Assembly: GCA_000165425.1 (NCBI GenBank)
Contig: CT868052.1
Coordinates: 434,001 to 498,000 of the forward strand
Reading direction: 5' to 3'
Source of the DNA: Paramecium tetraurelia
Lineage: Eukaryota
DNA length: 64,000 nucleotides
In this document: in pieces, positions 41,897-58,767 of the stretch
Numbering within the stretch: the stretch's first letter is position 1
Layout of the letters: each line of letters begins with the position of its first letter
Made by a program: the position numbers and the translations under genes
The notes under the pieces: generated by a model
Seen by the model: only the letters and a program-made list of their open reading frames with translations
Databases searched by the model: none
What the model was told of the DNA's origin: nothing

Positions 41897-43156
41897 TCAG
41901 AAAGATTTAAAAGGGTTTTTAAATTTAGGTAGTGCAAGTTCATATATTCTTAAGAAATATAATGTATTATTACTATTAATTAATGCTGTCATGATGAGAA
42001 TTCTTCATTTCAGATAATTTAGTAAAATAGGGGTGGATCAAACATTTTTCAACGGAAGGTCTTTGGCCTGCATCTTTCAGCATTTGAATTATAATATCAT
42101 ACAACAAAGGACATTTCAGATTATCACTTATGACGTATTGATTTTTTTTATTAAGTTCACAAATTTCTTTGGGGGCCAATTTTGATGAATAAATGCGTTT
42201 TCCGGTAGCCAAGATGTGTATGACAGCCCCTAAACTATAAATGTCACATAATTCATTATAAGGAACTGATTATTAATATATTTCTGGAGCTACATAGCCA
42301 GGAGTACCGCACCTGAATTCCATATTCTTATTGTCTGAGATAAATGTTGCAAAGCCAAAGTCTATTAGTTTTAATGATTTTATGTCTCCTTTGGTTTTAA
42401 ACATAATATTATCTAATTTGATGTCTCTATGCAAAATATTAAGTGAGTGTAAATGCTTTAGAGCCTTTAACAGTTGTTTGAATATCGTTTTAATTTCTGA
42501 ATCGTCTAATTTGAGATGCTTTTGTTGCATGAATTCATATAGAGTACCTCCAGCCATATACTCATATATAAATATTGAAGTATCCTTCTCAGTAATTATT
42601 TCCAACAATTTCATTAATTTTGTATGTGGATATTTTTTTAAGGTTTTGTTCACTTTAATTTCACTATTGATTTCCGACTAAAATACCTAAAATATTTTTA
42701 CATTCTGAGACTATAAGCATATTTTAGCCACCACATATTCTTTATTGAATATATTTCTGCATTATACAATCTAATATTAATTTAAACAAGTTACTTGACA
42801 TTATTTGTTTTCTTTTAAAATCTTGATTATTTCATATTTTTCGTGAAATACTTGAGCTGTTGTTTATATAAGTTAGGTTTGCGTTGTTAAATTAAAAAAT
42901 GAAACCCCAGATGAATTTTATTTAGATTACTTATTACTCCTTGCCAAATACTATAATTCAAATTAGTCAACTGGTATTGTACTAGGCTTAAGGATAAATA
43001 ATACTTTAATGTAGCTTGTAATGGGCTTTAGGAAAACTACTCTCCCTTCAATTCGTGTAGTTTAGAATTCGTATTCGATTTTTTTCTTTCAGTTTTCTTA
43101 AGTATCGAGTTTTAGAACCCAGAATCGAAAAATGCAATTGATTCTCTTCTTTTCAT
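41897..43156 (-). CDS. Ser/Thr protein kinase (CAMK-like)
   Basis: VVAK, HRDIKLDN, DFG, CGTPGYVAPE, DIYSLG; glycine loop degenerate. Confidence 0.9.
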
Positions 43157-45009
43157 TATTTAATGTTGAAATATTAATATCTTAATTGTAGATATATATA
43201 ATTAATTTAAAGTGGGAATTATGTTATTAAGAATTCTAAGAAATCTTTATTTCAATCACTATTAAATGATTTTTTGTTTGTTTTTTTTCATGTACTAAAA
43301 TCAAAACACACTACCTCAACATTAATCAATTTTCATAGCATTTTTCATTTTGAAGAATTCTAATAATTAATTATTAAAAGTATTTACAAAATTTAAATTC
43401 CACTTAGTTCAATTAAAGATTTTACAAATTACGTAATATGGATAATAAAATATTTAGTAGCGCAGAAACTACCATTGAATAGATAATATCTAACTTTAGT
43501 AAGTCCATATTGCTGAATTATTGAATTATTCATCCTTTAAATCTTCAATCAAACATTCATTTTTTCCATATTTGAATTGAATTGGGTTTTTTCGAGTCAA
43601 AACTTTATTGGTCGATTCTTTTGATTTTGAATTATTTGATTCTAAACTTAATAATATAACAAGCTTTTGAATTTTAATTACTTTTTTAATGGCAATAATA
43701 TTTGTTAATTATTGATAGCTAATATCAATTATTTATTAATATAGGTTAATACATATTTTAAGTTGGTTACTAAAATTGAGTTTAGAATATACTAATTGAG
43801 AGAAAGCTCAAGCTCCTATTTCAAAATTATAATATTGACCTATAATGTGAATAGCATTATTATACAATAATTATTTTGATTAGACAATGATAATTTCATT
43901 TCTTATACTCATTTGTTCAACCATTAAGAATTTTGTTGTAGCTCTTACTTAAAAAAACCTAACAATTTCAATATATTAATCTTAAATTTTTACTGATTGT
44001 GGATTTTTACAATTAGGTTTTGTTTAACCAGTAGATTGGTGGAGCAATAAACATGAATTGATAAAAACTCCTGTTCCCATTTTCATATAAGAAAATTGAT
44101 TGCTTTATTGATCCACTTAAATATTACTTTTTTGTAATTAGTTTAATTTTTAATCCAAATTCTTTCTTTCTTGAGTATTTCTTTTAAGAAATATATTTTT
44201 AAATCTTGAGTAAATAAGAATTTTATAGTACCTCTTATTATTTAAACATTTTTCATTAGTTTTACACAGTTATTTAACATAGAGAATTTTATTTAATCAA
44301 TTATGATGTTATGTATGTTAGTGATATGTTGGAATGGCCTCAAAAATTGAGTCAGGATTGAAAAATCAATTGTAAGAATATTTTTTCATGTAATTTATTA
44401 ATACTGATTTAATTTAAAATTTATTTAGAAATATGATGTTTAATTAGGTATTAATTAATTAACCATATAAAATAGACATAAATTAAAAGTTAATATTTAT
44501 CAAAATTTATTAAAATAATATAAATAATTTATCAGGAGTTATGATTGATATCTAAAATCATTAGCAGAATTTCAAAAAAACAAACATCAATCCCATTAAC
44601 TTGATATCTATACGTTAATATTTGTATAATTGCAAAAAAAAACAATGATGTATTACTGACTATTTCAAATTTAAACAAAAATCAAATTAAACTTTAATCA
44701 AGAGCAAACGAAAAATAAAATAAATGGATGGGAAAAAAATTAAAATCTCAAAATTATTAGATTTTTAATCAAAATTTTTTAGCAGTCCAATTCAAAAATT
44801 AAACAATTGTAACATAGCTGAATCATTTAACTTATGCTTGAGTTCATATATAATGGTTTAATAATTTTATAATAGAATCTTATAAGTCAAAGAACATAAA
44901 AATTAGATTGATGAAGTTTATTCTTTAGAAATACCCATAATTTATTTTAGAACTTTTTTGATATAAGAAAACAAAAATTACCAAGTTATATTAATTAATT
45001 AAATTAATT

Positions 45010-45075
45010 TATTTATGATGAAAAAATTGCATGGCTTTCTTAATTAACCATGATGACTTAGACGCCTGATTTATA
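45010..45075 (+). ncRNA. Candidate compact box C/D snoRNA targeting the SSU rRNA 5' domain
   Basis: C ATGATGA 45015-21, D'-like CTTA 45039-42, C' ATGATGA 45050-56, D CTGA 45066-69. TGCATGGCTT and ACTTAGAC are antisense to adjacent parts of the conserved SSU AAGCCAUGCAUGUCUAAGU. Confidence 0.6.
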
Positions 45076-45259
45076 AAATAAATTATATAATAATGACTAA
45101 AGTGTTAACAAAAGTTGAATTTAATTCAAAATATTACACTTTCTCAATTAAAATAATTAAAATTTTGTGTTTCTCAAAAATTAATTATTCTGCCTTAAAT
45201 GTGTATGAATATATCACTTTTTTCATTGTCTAGTTTAAATCTCCTTTTTTGTTAAGTGG

Positions 45260-46714
<1,455 letters not shown>

Positions 46715-48239
46715 ATTAGCAAATTATTATTTAATATATAATTGCCGTAGTGTTTATTACAAATAAATGTATTTTAATTGAAAAATTAGATATTTTCAAA
46801 TGCTTAGTATTAATAATCGTAAATAAAATCTTTAAATTGTTTTTTAGTAAAAGATTATCCTTCTATTAAAATTGTATTGTAACTTTCTCTAAACGATAAT
46901 ATTACTGGGGAGCATAGAATTTATATATAGTATTTTTTCAAGTAAGGTTTCTTGTTTTTTTAGCAAGTGTAAATTTTTAAACATAAATAATAATAATGGT
47001 CGCTTTAGGATGTCTTTCCAAAATAATAGATTGTAATCTTAGATAATGATATCCAATTGATGTTTAAATTTCTTTTATGTTTTCTTTGTATTCATAATTA
47101 ACTAACTCTCAAGTTTTATTTGATTCTCAATTCATTCTAAAAACATACTGTTGATATTAGTTTAACGATGTAATATTCAATTAACATTCCTAATCTACTC
47201 AGAACTATAAAATGATTTTTTTAAATAAAAAAGTAAATTAGAATTATTCATAATAAGAATGAAATTTAGAATATATTATAATCAAAAATGAATACTCAAA
47301 TTTTTTATTATCAAAGACACTTTTGTTTTTGTGAGTATTTATAAGATAAGATAATGTGAGGATTATTTAACAAATATTATAATAATCAAAATTGTTAATA
47401 AAACAGGAAGGTTAAACTCAAAAATGAATGCAATCGAAAATTTAAGTTTTAATTGAATATTTCTCTATAAACAATATATACTCATTAGATAAGAATATCT
47501 ACTTTAATTAAATAAAAAGTTATTCTAATCCAAAGTGAGATTAAGAAGAGAATTTTCATTTATAATTCTATAAATATATTATGACATTTATTAACAAAAT
47601 AAACTCATTTATAATGAAGAATTAAAATAATCAAGAAAGCAAAGACTAATCCAAAAAGCTCTGATCTTCCTATATTGGTAAGATAGTTTATTACTATTTA
47701 GAAAGAGTACTTTTGAATTAAGTATCTAATTAAATGTCAATCACTACCGCAATAACGATATTGATCATCTTATCATTTTAAGAATATGGATTTCAATTAA
47801 AAAGTTTTCTCTTAATTTAAAAAATGCAGTTGATTGCATAGTTTGTAAAATTAAAAATTTATAATTAACTAAAAATAAATTAGTTAAACTCTTTATATAT
47901 AGATGTTCTTTAGAAAATCCATAACTTAAAATCAACAACCTATTGCTTTTTAAGAAAATAAAATTAAATTATAATTTGAATTCGCAAATCTGAAACTTTT
48001 ATTCAAGAATTATATAATAAATTAAAGTAAATTTTGATTTTATTAGTTATTGTTTATATCTATTCACTATCTATGTAAATTAAATTTATAATTATGACTT
48101 TTTCATTATAGTAAGGAACTTAAAAAATACTTATTTTAATATTCTTATGACAATTTAGTTTAGTATCTAGAATATAGCATTAAATTACGAAAAAGAAAAT
48201 TATATTTTAAATTTTTATATTAACATATAATTTTATAGT

Positions 48240-49604
48240 ATGTAATAAATAGATGAAATTTAACAAAAGCCATTCACTAGAATAGCTTTGGTAGGAAGTA
48301 CAAGATGCGGTAAAACGACTTTATTGGGAGTGCTAACAAAGGGAATGAGTGATGATGGAAAAGGATCAATAAGAAACATTATGGTTAATTATTCTCATGA
48401 AGTTAAAAAGGGAGGGCAAACAGAATCTGTTGTGTTTGAGCTGATTGGATTTGATAAAGAGGGTAAGTAGATTTTATCAAATGAATTACCAACAAACAAA
48501 GGACAATATTAAAGTCAAGTATTCTAATAATCAAACTCATATTCATACCTAATCGATACATGCGGAGATACCAAATATTTTAAGCATTCATTATCAGCGA
48601 TCAATAAATGCTTGTTTAATCTCTTAATAATTGTGATAGCTGCTGATGAAGGTATTACGAGAATCACTGTAGAGTGTTTATTGATATGCCAATTGTATAA
48701 GATACCCTTTATTATTGTCTTAACCAAATGTGACTTAATTTAGAGTAAGGAGGATAAGGAAAAAGTAATATTTAAAATTCATAATTAAATCAGCAATAAT
48801 TTTTTATATAGAAAATTGGTTATAGCAAAGGATCCCAAAGAATGCGCTAATCTGATGAATCTTAGACTCAAAAAATGTGACAATTAGAAAGGGATGATCT
48901 GTCCACTTTTTGAAGTAAATAATATTAATCGGGATGGGATTGAACTTCTATTATAATTTTTGTTCCATTTTTAAAATCAGGATCATCTACATTCTGAAAT
49001 CAAATCTGCAGAACAACCATTTATGATGGATGTATTTTATACTTGCAATGTCAAAACTATAGGGGAAATCCCATTTGGATTAGTAAAATCTGGAACTGTC
49101 AAGTTGGATTAAATAGTTTCTGTTGGATTGGATGAAAACAAGTAGATACAATGTGCAAAAGTGATTTCTATTTAGAATATCAGAACTTCTCTTAATTAAG
49201 CAAGATCTGGGGAATTGATATGCCTAATATTATAGCCAATAGCTTAATAAATTATTGACTTTTCTAAAATCAAAATAATAGCTGACCCAAAGATCAACAT
49301 TCCATATGTAAAGTCATTCTGGGCAAATATTAGCATGCTTCCTGGTCCAACTACTGTAACAATTGGATTTAAACCAATCTTAGAACTCTCTAATATTACA
49401 TTGCAAGTAAACTTATAAGAAATAATTGGAGAAACTTAATTTCTCAAAAGTGGAGATTGTGCATTGGTCAAACTTCAATTTTTAGATGAAACCTATCAAC
49501 CTGTTTATGAAAATTAGCAATTTATACTAAGAAGCAGTCACTCTATTGCTTATGGATAAGTAGTTAATGTTTCATAATCAGATTTAATAAATGATGAATA
49601 ATGA
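48240..49604 (+). CDS. GTPBP1/GTPBP2-like translational GTPase (divergent)
   Basis: RIALVGSTRCGKTTLLGVLTKGMSDDGKGSIR...HEVKKGGQTES...LIGFD...LIDTCGD...VLTKCD, followed by EF-Tu-like beta-barrel domains. Confidence 0.85.
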
Positions 49605-49874
49605 AGATTGTATTTAATATGTTCTATTTATGAGATATAATCTTTAATTTTTATACTTTGTTCTTTCTCTCTTTGAAATTAAAATAACCAAATAATTTTG
49701 TATCTCACAAAATAATAATTGAAAATAAATATAAGATCAATTCGGAATTCATACACATATAAATATCCATCATGTGATGATTTTAGAAAAACGATATCAC
49801 ATTTATCTAGAAAATCTACTGTTTATATTTAATTCAAAATTATTAATACAAAAAATAGGAAATTGGCATAAATT

Positions 49875-50544
49875 ATGAAATTTTTGGTTGCTCTAATACT
49901 TCTATTGTCTTCGGTTAGCTAATGCGAGAAATTAAAAGTGTCTGCTTATAGTAATACAAATATAATACATTTTAGTTGAATCACTTTGTCCTGACACAAC
50001 CAGATTCATTTAGTCATCATTATTAAAGGCATTATAAACACCATAATTTGAAGAGTTAGTTGAATTAAGACTAGTTCCATATGGGAAGGCTTCCTAGGTG
50101 TTATAAAATGACAGTAAGATAGTATTTCAGTGTTAACATGGTGATCTAGAATGCTTTGGCAATAAAATTTAAGCATGTGGTTTTGATGCTTTAAATGCAT
50201 CTTAATAAGAGTAAATAAACTTTTTGACTTGCATTCAAAAGTCTAGGAAACGACAACAAGAAGATTTCGAGAATGAAATCAGATAATGTTTACCAGATTT
50301 ATGGGAAGGCGTTTTGGAATGTGCAAAAGGAACTGAAGGAGTAAAATTATTATGGACTAATGGAGAAGAAACATTAAATTTAGATCCTAAATTAACCTAC
50401 GTTCCATGGGTAACAGTGGATGGTAAGTTTGACTCAAAGGCTCATGAATAAATAGAAAGAAATATTGTAAAGTGGGCTTGTTAGATTGCAAATAAATAAA
50501 AAGATAATTATACATAAATAGAAGCATGTGAAGAATATTAATGA
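49875..50544 (+). CDS. GILT-like lysosomal thiol reductase
   Basis: Signal peptide; ESLCPDT, LVPYGKA, FQCQHGDLECFGNKIQAC, YVPWV. Confidence 0.9.
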
Positions 50545-50568
50545 ATAATTAAGATGAATATTATAATG

Positions 50569-51945
<1,377 letters not shown>

Positions 51946-52290
51946 TAATATATAAATAATTAATTCAACAAGAAAAATAAATCCATTTTTCTAACTCACA
52001 GCAGAACTAAGTAGATATTTCCTTACTTTTTATTATTATGTTTTAACTTTATATCATATATTACTTATTATAAGGAATGTTAAGAACTTGGATATTTAAA
52101 CTGAATATTTATAATTATTACACATACTCTTACTGAGGCATTTGAAATGTCTTTAACTAATATTCTTATCTAATAAATTTATATAAATATAGTAAATATT
52201 TAAAGAATAATCGTTAAAATACAGAATATATGCTCAATTAATATATATATTAAATATGTAATTGAATATCAACATACCAATTAAGTGAAT

Positions 52291-53741
52291 TCATTCCAAT
52301 ATCTCATCACGCATAATTTAGATACTCAGTTGCCTACCAGAATTGCTCATGCATAAATTATTGGATGGGGAATTGTCAGATTTGTTTCCAGTCTAATATG
52401 TTAAATCTGAGTTTGTTAATGGGATGAATTAAACAGAAGGTTTCTTATTTATTTCACTTTAAGATTCATTATTGTTACTGTGAATTTTAGCAAAAAATTA
52501 TTGTATTTCTTCTTCTTTTAGTCCTTATCTGCATATTGGACATTAACTATTCTTTTTAGTCCAATCTTATAAGCACTGATCATGAAAGATATGATTGCAA
52601 GGAGTTATTCTAAACTTCTCTTTCTTCTCAAATTACAACAAACAAATAGAGCATTCCTTTGTTAAATATTCTTCTAACATTTTCTATGCTGGCATAAATT
52701 TGTTCAAATGTGCAACTTCCAACACAGGCTTGACGTATGTAATCTTTTTGTATTGCTTTTTATATGAATAATAAATTAGAATTGAAACTATTATACCTGA
52801 TAAAATAACTGCACATATGATTAATATTGCCCACAACGGAAATTCATTAATTTCTATTTGACTAATTTAAAATAAGCACATTACTTTAATTCCAGTATCA
52901 AACTATGTTCTCTTTCTATATTCTCATTAAACACTCCAATATAAATTATGAATTCATTCGAATCCTTTATATTTGAAAAGTAGTTCTTTAGATTAATATT
53001 TACATTTTCTTTTCTATCTATTAATTAATAGCCTTGAAAAAAGTTAGGCTATTAAATAAATGCTTCATAAACACCAGATAGAAGTGAGATGCCCATCTAA
53101 GAATTGGAATTCGATATTTTCAACTATTCATTTCAAAATTAAGCTTACAATGTAATCCAAATTTGACAATTGATAATATGCAAAAAACCAACTCTATTTA
53201 TTCAAGTTAATTTGAACCAGCAAATCTACATCTATGTAATTTACAGATTGATCACAGTTCAAACCATAAGCTGGGAATTTACATGTTGGTTCTTTCTATT
53301 ACTCAATCTAATACTTATCAAACCTCTATATTTTACATTATCATAAATAGTTAACTTGAAACTCATTTTGGTGTCTGCTTCAGTAATATTCTTGTAAACA
53401 TTCTCCATTTTAGAATATATAGAGATAGTTAGGTTTTGATCTATTTCCCTTTAACTTAACCACAATTTGCGAATATGTTATTTTTAAGCATAAGACTCAT
53501 AACTTGAAGTTTATATTGAAATGTTTTTATCAACTATTTCAAAAGTAGGGAAATAATTTTTGTTTAGTGGAAACTGAATAATTTCAAACTAATTAACTTA
53601 ATAGCTTAATTTTGTTACTTATATGACATATCCATGATTTTATTAGAATAAGTATTCATATTTTAAATCTATAAGTGTGAATTTTTCTTCAACTAATTTC
53701 TTTGAAAAGCCTATAACCAAGAATATTAATATTTAATACAT
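52291..53741 (-). CDS. Type I membrane RING-H2 E3 ubiquitin ligase
   Basis: N-terminal hydrophobic leader, Cys-containing ectodomain, TM FPLWAILIICAVIFISGIIVSILI, RING-H2 CSICL...PCNHIFHDQCLQDW...CPICR. Confidence 0.88.
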
Positions 53742-54236
53742 TAATTTAAATTTAATGAATTTGGAATTGAAACAAAATCAATATTTAATATTATACTTTC
53801 TTAATGCATTCATATTCATCTAACAGTCTATTAAATCAAATATAGAACTATTAGAAAGTGCACCTGTTTGTTATTAAATTATAAATTTGCATATCACCTC
53901 TAATTCCAATAAAAATGGCATATTTATTAAATAAAAAATGCAAAATAACACTCTACTAAATATACAAAGGTTTATTTTATATATTGTTATAAAGAAAATG
54001 GCTAAAATGAAAAAACTGGCTAAAAAATATAATTGCAATTAATATATTACTAACAGTGTTACTAAACTTTATTTTCATATTTATATAATATTTAATCTCT
54101 ATATTTAGGGCATAATTTTAAGGTTAACTTAAAATAATAGGTAATTATAGCAATTAGTATAAAACTACTAATTATAAAAGAAAACAGAATCGATGATTAA
54201 AGTTATCAATTTATAAAATAATATTTAATATTTACA

Positions 54237-55315
54237 TCAATTTTATTTAGTCTTGTTTATGATATCTGCTAAGATTGTTTGTTCAAGATATTTAGATTTT
54301 TAATTAAATTCTTTTTCAAACTTTTTTGTGTCATCTTAATCTACTCCTAACTCAAGTCTATTTTTAAATTAATTTTTACATTTGTTTAGGATGTAGTTTT
54401 TATCCATAAAGCATTTATAATTCAAGTGGCAGAAATTCAATATTCTTTTTGAAAAAGGTATTTAATTCATTGTTCTAAGGAAGATCTCTGATTGGTTGAT
54501 AAGGTTCAAAAGAGGGATAATCCAAGAAAGATATCAATTTCTATTTGAATTCTTTTGATATTGAAATATTTTCTACCTGTTTAATCTTCTAGTAGTAATT
54601 TTTATGCAATACGAAATCTTTTCTCATACGCCTTTTATATTTATTCCCTAATTTAATTTCCGATTAAAACAAAATTGTCTTTGTCTAATTTATTTTCATA
54701 GCAATAAGCATGAACGAATTCATCAATGCTAATTAATAGGATGATTATCAATACTAATTAAAGGCATTTTCTAAATCCCACTAAATCGTCTCTTTGATTT
54801 TGGATGTAGTAATTTGTAAATTAATCATCGAATCGTTTTTATCTATGAATGACTCAAATGCCAAGATATCTTGAATGTGTTTATACTTCTGATGATCCTC
54901 AATGGCTTATTTTACTTAAATTTAACAATCCTCAATAATTTCTAATTTATGATTAACAAATTGCTATACTATGTGTTTCAAATGCAGTCAGCTTAGTAAT
55001 TTTATTTGGGTACTTTTCTTCTAATAGATCAACAATAATGGCAAAGAGATTTCTGTATAATTATTCTTCTGAATAATCTTCTTCAAAGTCCCACAAAATC
55101 TATTCTTCTAACATGGTCTATTTAATGTTCAAAGAAGCCAAAGGGATACTGAGTTTGATAGGATAGAGATTTTGAGCCATTATTTGCATTCCAGGCGGGA
55201 ATGGACATAATTTCATGTTATTTTGCAATTTTTCATTATGAGTCTTAATTTTGTGAATTTTCTTTTTAATGCAATCAAGTTAAGCGATTGATTCGGATAG
55301 TTTAGTGTTCTGCAT
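54237..55315 (-). CDS. SNF5/SMARCB1/Sfh1-like chromatin-remodelling subunit (divergent)
   Basis: Two imperfect repeats: LYPIKLSIP...EEQILWD and INLQI...KETIQWDL...DEFVHAYC.E..L...F..IGNQIREQI. Confidence 0.65.
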
Positions 55316-55321
55316 TAATAT

Positions 55322-55349
55322 NNNNNNNNNNNNNNNNNNNNNNNNNNNN
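55322..55349. other. Assembly gap (28 N)
   Basis: Run of N characters. Confidence 1.
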
Positions 55350-55509
55350 TGAATGTGGTATAGATATATTAATTATATTATTAAAATAATACTTATAATT
55401 TATTTAATGATGAATGTTTAAGAAAAAAGAAATGTTATTATAAAAAATATGAATAAAATAATTAATCTATAAAATAAAAATAAAAGAATTCAAATAATGT
55501 AAATTATAA

Positions 55510-56200
55510 AATGAACTAAACAAAAAAAAACATGGGAAATATTTGGTGTTTCAAATAAGTGGTTTATTTGAAATTTACAAAAGATCCAGTGATGAGTTTA
55601 TTCTGAACCTCCACAGATTTGCGCTCGCCTAAAATAATATCATAAATAATTTTCAGGATTTTGAAGAGTAAATAGCGATCAACAATAATACAAAAATATT
55701 AATTTTGTAAAGAAAATAAATAAATTTTATATTAACAAAATAGATATTAACTGGCATAGGAACTTTTAATAAGTATAAAACTTATTTATTTTAATTCACA
55801 ATCTTTAAAGACTTATAATAAATTTACTAATCAGTTTAAAATAAAAGCGTAAAGATCTTGATAAGAAAGTGAGAATAAACATTAGATGAACTTAAAAGCT
55901 AGGTATAAGAGTAATTAAAAATCTTACTCTTTATGCCATGACCTAATTATTAAGAGAATGATTTTATTAAATAAATGGTGTGTGAAGTATACTGAAGAAA
56001 AGTTGCTAAAAGGAAATGCAGGAAATGCAGCATTCAAACAAGCTGTGAAATTCGGTGAACGGGTTTGAATATCCTTAAGAACGTTAAAATATAAGAAATA
56101 AGAATTTGGCTACTTAATTGGATTGGAAGACTAATATAATTATTGGATTTGAAATAAGATTAAAAAATAATCCTTAGTTTCAGAGTATGATGATTTATTC
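55510..56200 (+). pseudogene. Degenerate coding remnant (WW-like and B-box-like fragments)
   Basis: Fragments TWEIFGVSNKWFI*N...SEPP and VCEVY*RKVAKRKCRKCS are interrupted by in-frame TGAs and frameshifts. Confidence 0.3.
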
Positions 56201-56596
56201 TTAATAACTTTCAAATAAATATAAGATTGTAAGAAATTCATTTGAAAAATTCTACATTATAGCTTCAATAAAGAAATAAAATTATATTGATATATAATCC
56301 AATTTCATGTTTAAAAATACAAGATAAATATTTTTAATGATGAATTATGAATCTGATAACTATGAAAAACTCAAAAATATGGATAGGATAGGATAATTTT
56401 GGATCATAGTTATGTTTTATTTTGTCTTCATCAAAACATGAATTCTTTTTAAGATTATGATTTATTTTTATGCATAATTCTCCTATGTATATTACGGTTA
56501 TTTTGTCTAACCAGATATGCCATCTGGTTAAATACATTTAATAATTAGATGTATTTAAAAAAGAAATATATATTATTTTATATAAGTAATACTCCA

Positions 56597-58733
56597 ATGC
56601 AGTAATAATAATAACATTTAAGATCATCTGAAATTAGAAGGCAATCTTCAACTTAATCAAATAGTGCAATGGATGAACCATTCCTAAAATTTTTGGCTGA
56701 AAGTAATTATTTGGAAAGTGAATAATCGTCCCAAGAAAAACATTAAAAATTAACCAAATGCAAAACTGAACATTCTCTTCAACCAATCTAGTACATCAAT
56801 TCAAATTCATTTACTGTTAGCGATAAGAAGGTATTCTTAAAAATAAAAAAAATAGTTTTCATTTCCAGCAAATGAAATACTTGAATGGGAAACCTTATAA
56901 ATAACCTTGCCACCAGAAGTTTATCAGTTCTTATTGTTTATGAAGACCTAGTGCAGCAATGGTATCATCGTTTACACAAACGAGTAAATATAAGGTTTGT
57001 TAGATGATAGCAAAGTAATCATGTATAGATAGATATATTTAAAATAGTAAAAATTAATTAGATTTATTTTAAAAATTGATAGATAAAGGTTGGGTATCAA
57101 AAACAACAAGATTATTTAATGATATTGCAATTAACTTTTATGCATTATCAGTAAAGAAATTAACTTATGAAAATTTGGTTTGGATTATTAGATCCATTAA
57201 AAGAGACCTAATCACTCCAACAGAAAGATTAGTGTAAAGCAGAATCAAAGAATGTTATGGCTTAAAGTATAATAGAGTTGAATGGGAACATATTATGAAT
57301 TAGTTCAAAATCTCAAAAACACTCAATCAAATTCCGTTCTTCAAATGGAAAATTAATAGAATTGCCATTGCTTTAAGTCAAGAACATTAAGGATCCCTTA
57401 ATATAAGAGGAAACATATGGGATTTATATTTATTAATAAAATTGGATTGTTGAGGATGAATTTCAACCAGAATTAGATAAAAAATAAGAGTGGACTATAT
57501 TTATAGAATTTTTGATGGACTTTTTTGCTAAAACAAATGCTCAAAACAACAAAATCTTAAAAGGAGGTAGATATGGCTGTGCTTAATTCATTAAGCTATT
57601 GGGACCAAAAAAATTAAGAGATTTATCTCTTGGTAGATTGACACTTTATGTCTAAATGGCAGTTAATAAGAATTATATTCGGTACAATAAGACCATTCTA
57701 ATACAAGAAAGCAGAGAAAAGTCAGAGCATACAACTGATAGTTCTGTTGATGGTGATCCTTAAATTAAAATTAGAGTAAAAGAACTATAAGAGTAATTGA
57801 TTGAGTTGCTATTGGAAAATCCTGATGGGTATGATGTTATAATTAAATAAGAGTGTATCGTTGGCATAAATACCTACATTGTTAAAAGAAAGAGTCAATT
57901 TTGAATTGAATTTGATTGAATTAGGCTTTCCAAAACTAAAGAACTTTATAGAGAGTGTTAAGGATGTGATTTCGATTGAGAATAGTGGTAGAAATAATTT
58001 CATTGCTAAATTAAATTACTCTAAGTTGCCAAAAAAATTTTAAAGTAATTTTCTATTATAAAATATTTAGAACTCAAATAAAGTGAGTCATTTAACTAAA
58101 AATATATTTATACCGTCTTATAAATGATAAAAAGCATTTTGAGTAAACATAAATATGGAATCAGTATTAATCAATTATACTATGATTTATCTTAGTAATT
58201 AGGAGAATGGTTTAATTATTAAAGATTTCAATGCTAAAGTTTTTTCTAATTTTTATAGAATTACGCTGAAAATATTCTAGTGATTGTTTGTTAAAAAGGA
58301 AATCAATACTTAATTTATGAGAGGGATTTAAGATTTCTACCACCTCCACAACCAGCTCAGGATATTAATGATCCATAATTTGAATATATTTTAAGCGAAG
58401 CTATTTAATGTAGTTTAGGCTTATCAATACCACAGTCTTTTTTCTCTAGTAGTTGGCTTGGCAAGGTTGGAGATTCTTAAATAAGGTAAAAGTCACCTCC
58501 TCGAATTGAAGATTCTCATTAAGAAATTAAAGATAATCTTAAATTCATTGATGAATTATTGGGTATTATCATTCATTAAGTTTAGGAAATGAAAATAAAT
58601 AAAATGATACTTATTCTATTTAAGATTGGTCTGAAAAGTCCATGAATCCTTTGGGAATGATTAGTTCAATTAATTATGGTCATAGTGAAATTTAAGATTT
58701 TGATCTAACTAAAGAGTTGCAATTCTCAATCTA

Positions 58734-58767
<34 letters not shown>

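Noticed and set aside
46750..48200. Long AT-rich spacer as a mobile element or retained IES
   Set aside because: No terminal inverted repeats or transposase remnants seen; TA-bounded IESs cannot be called without a germline/somatic comparison.
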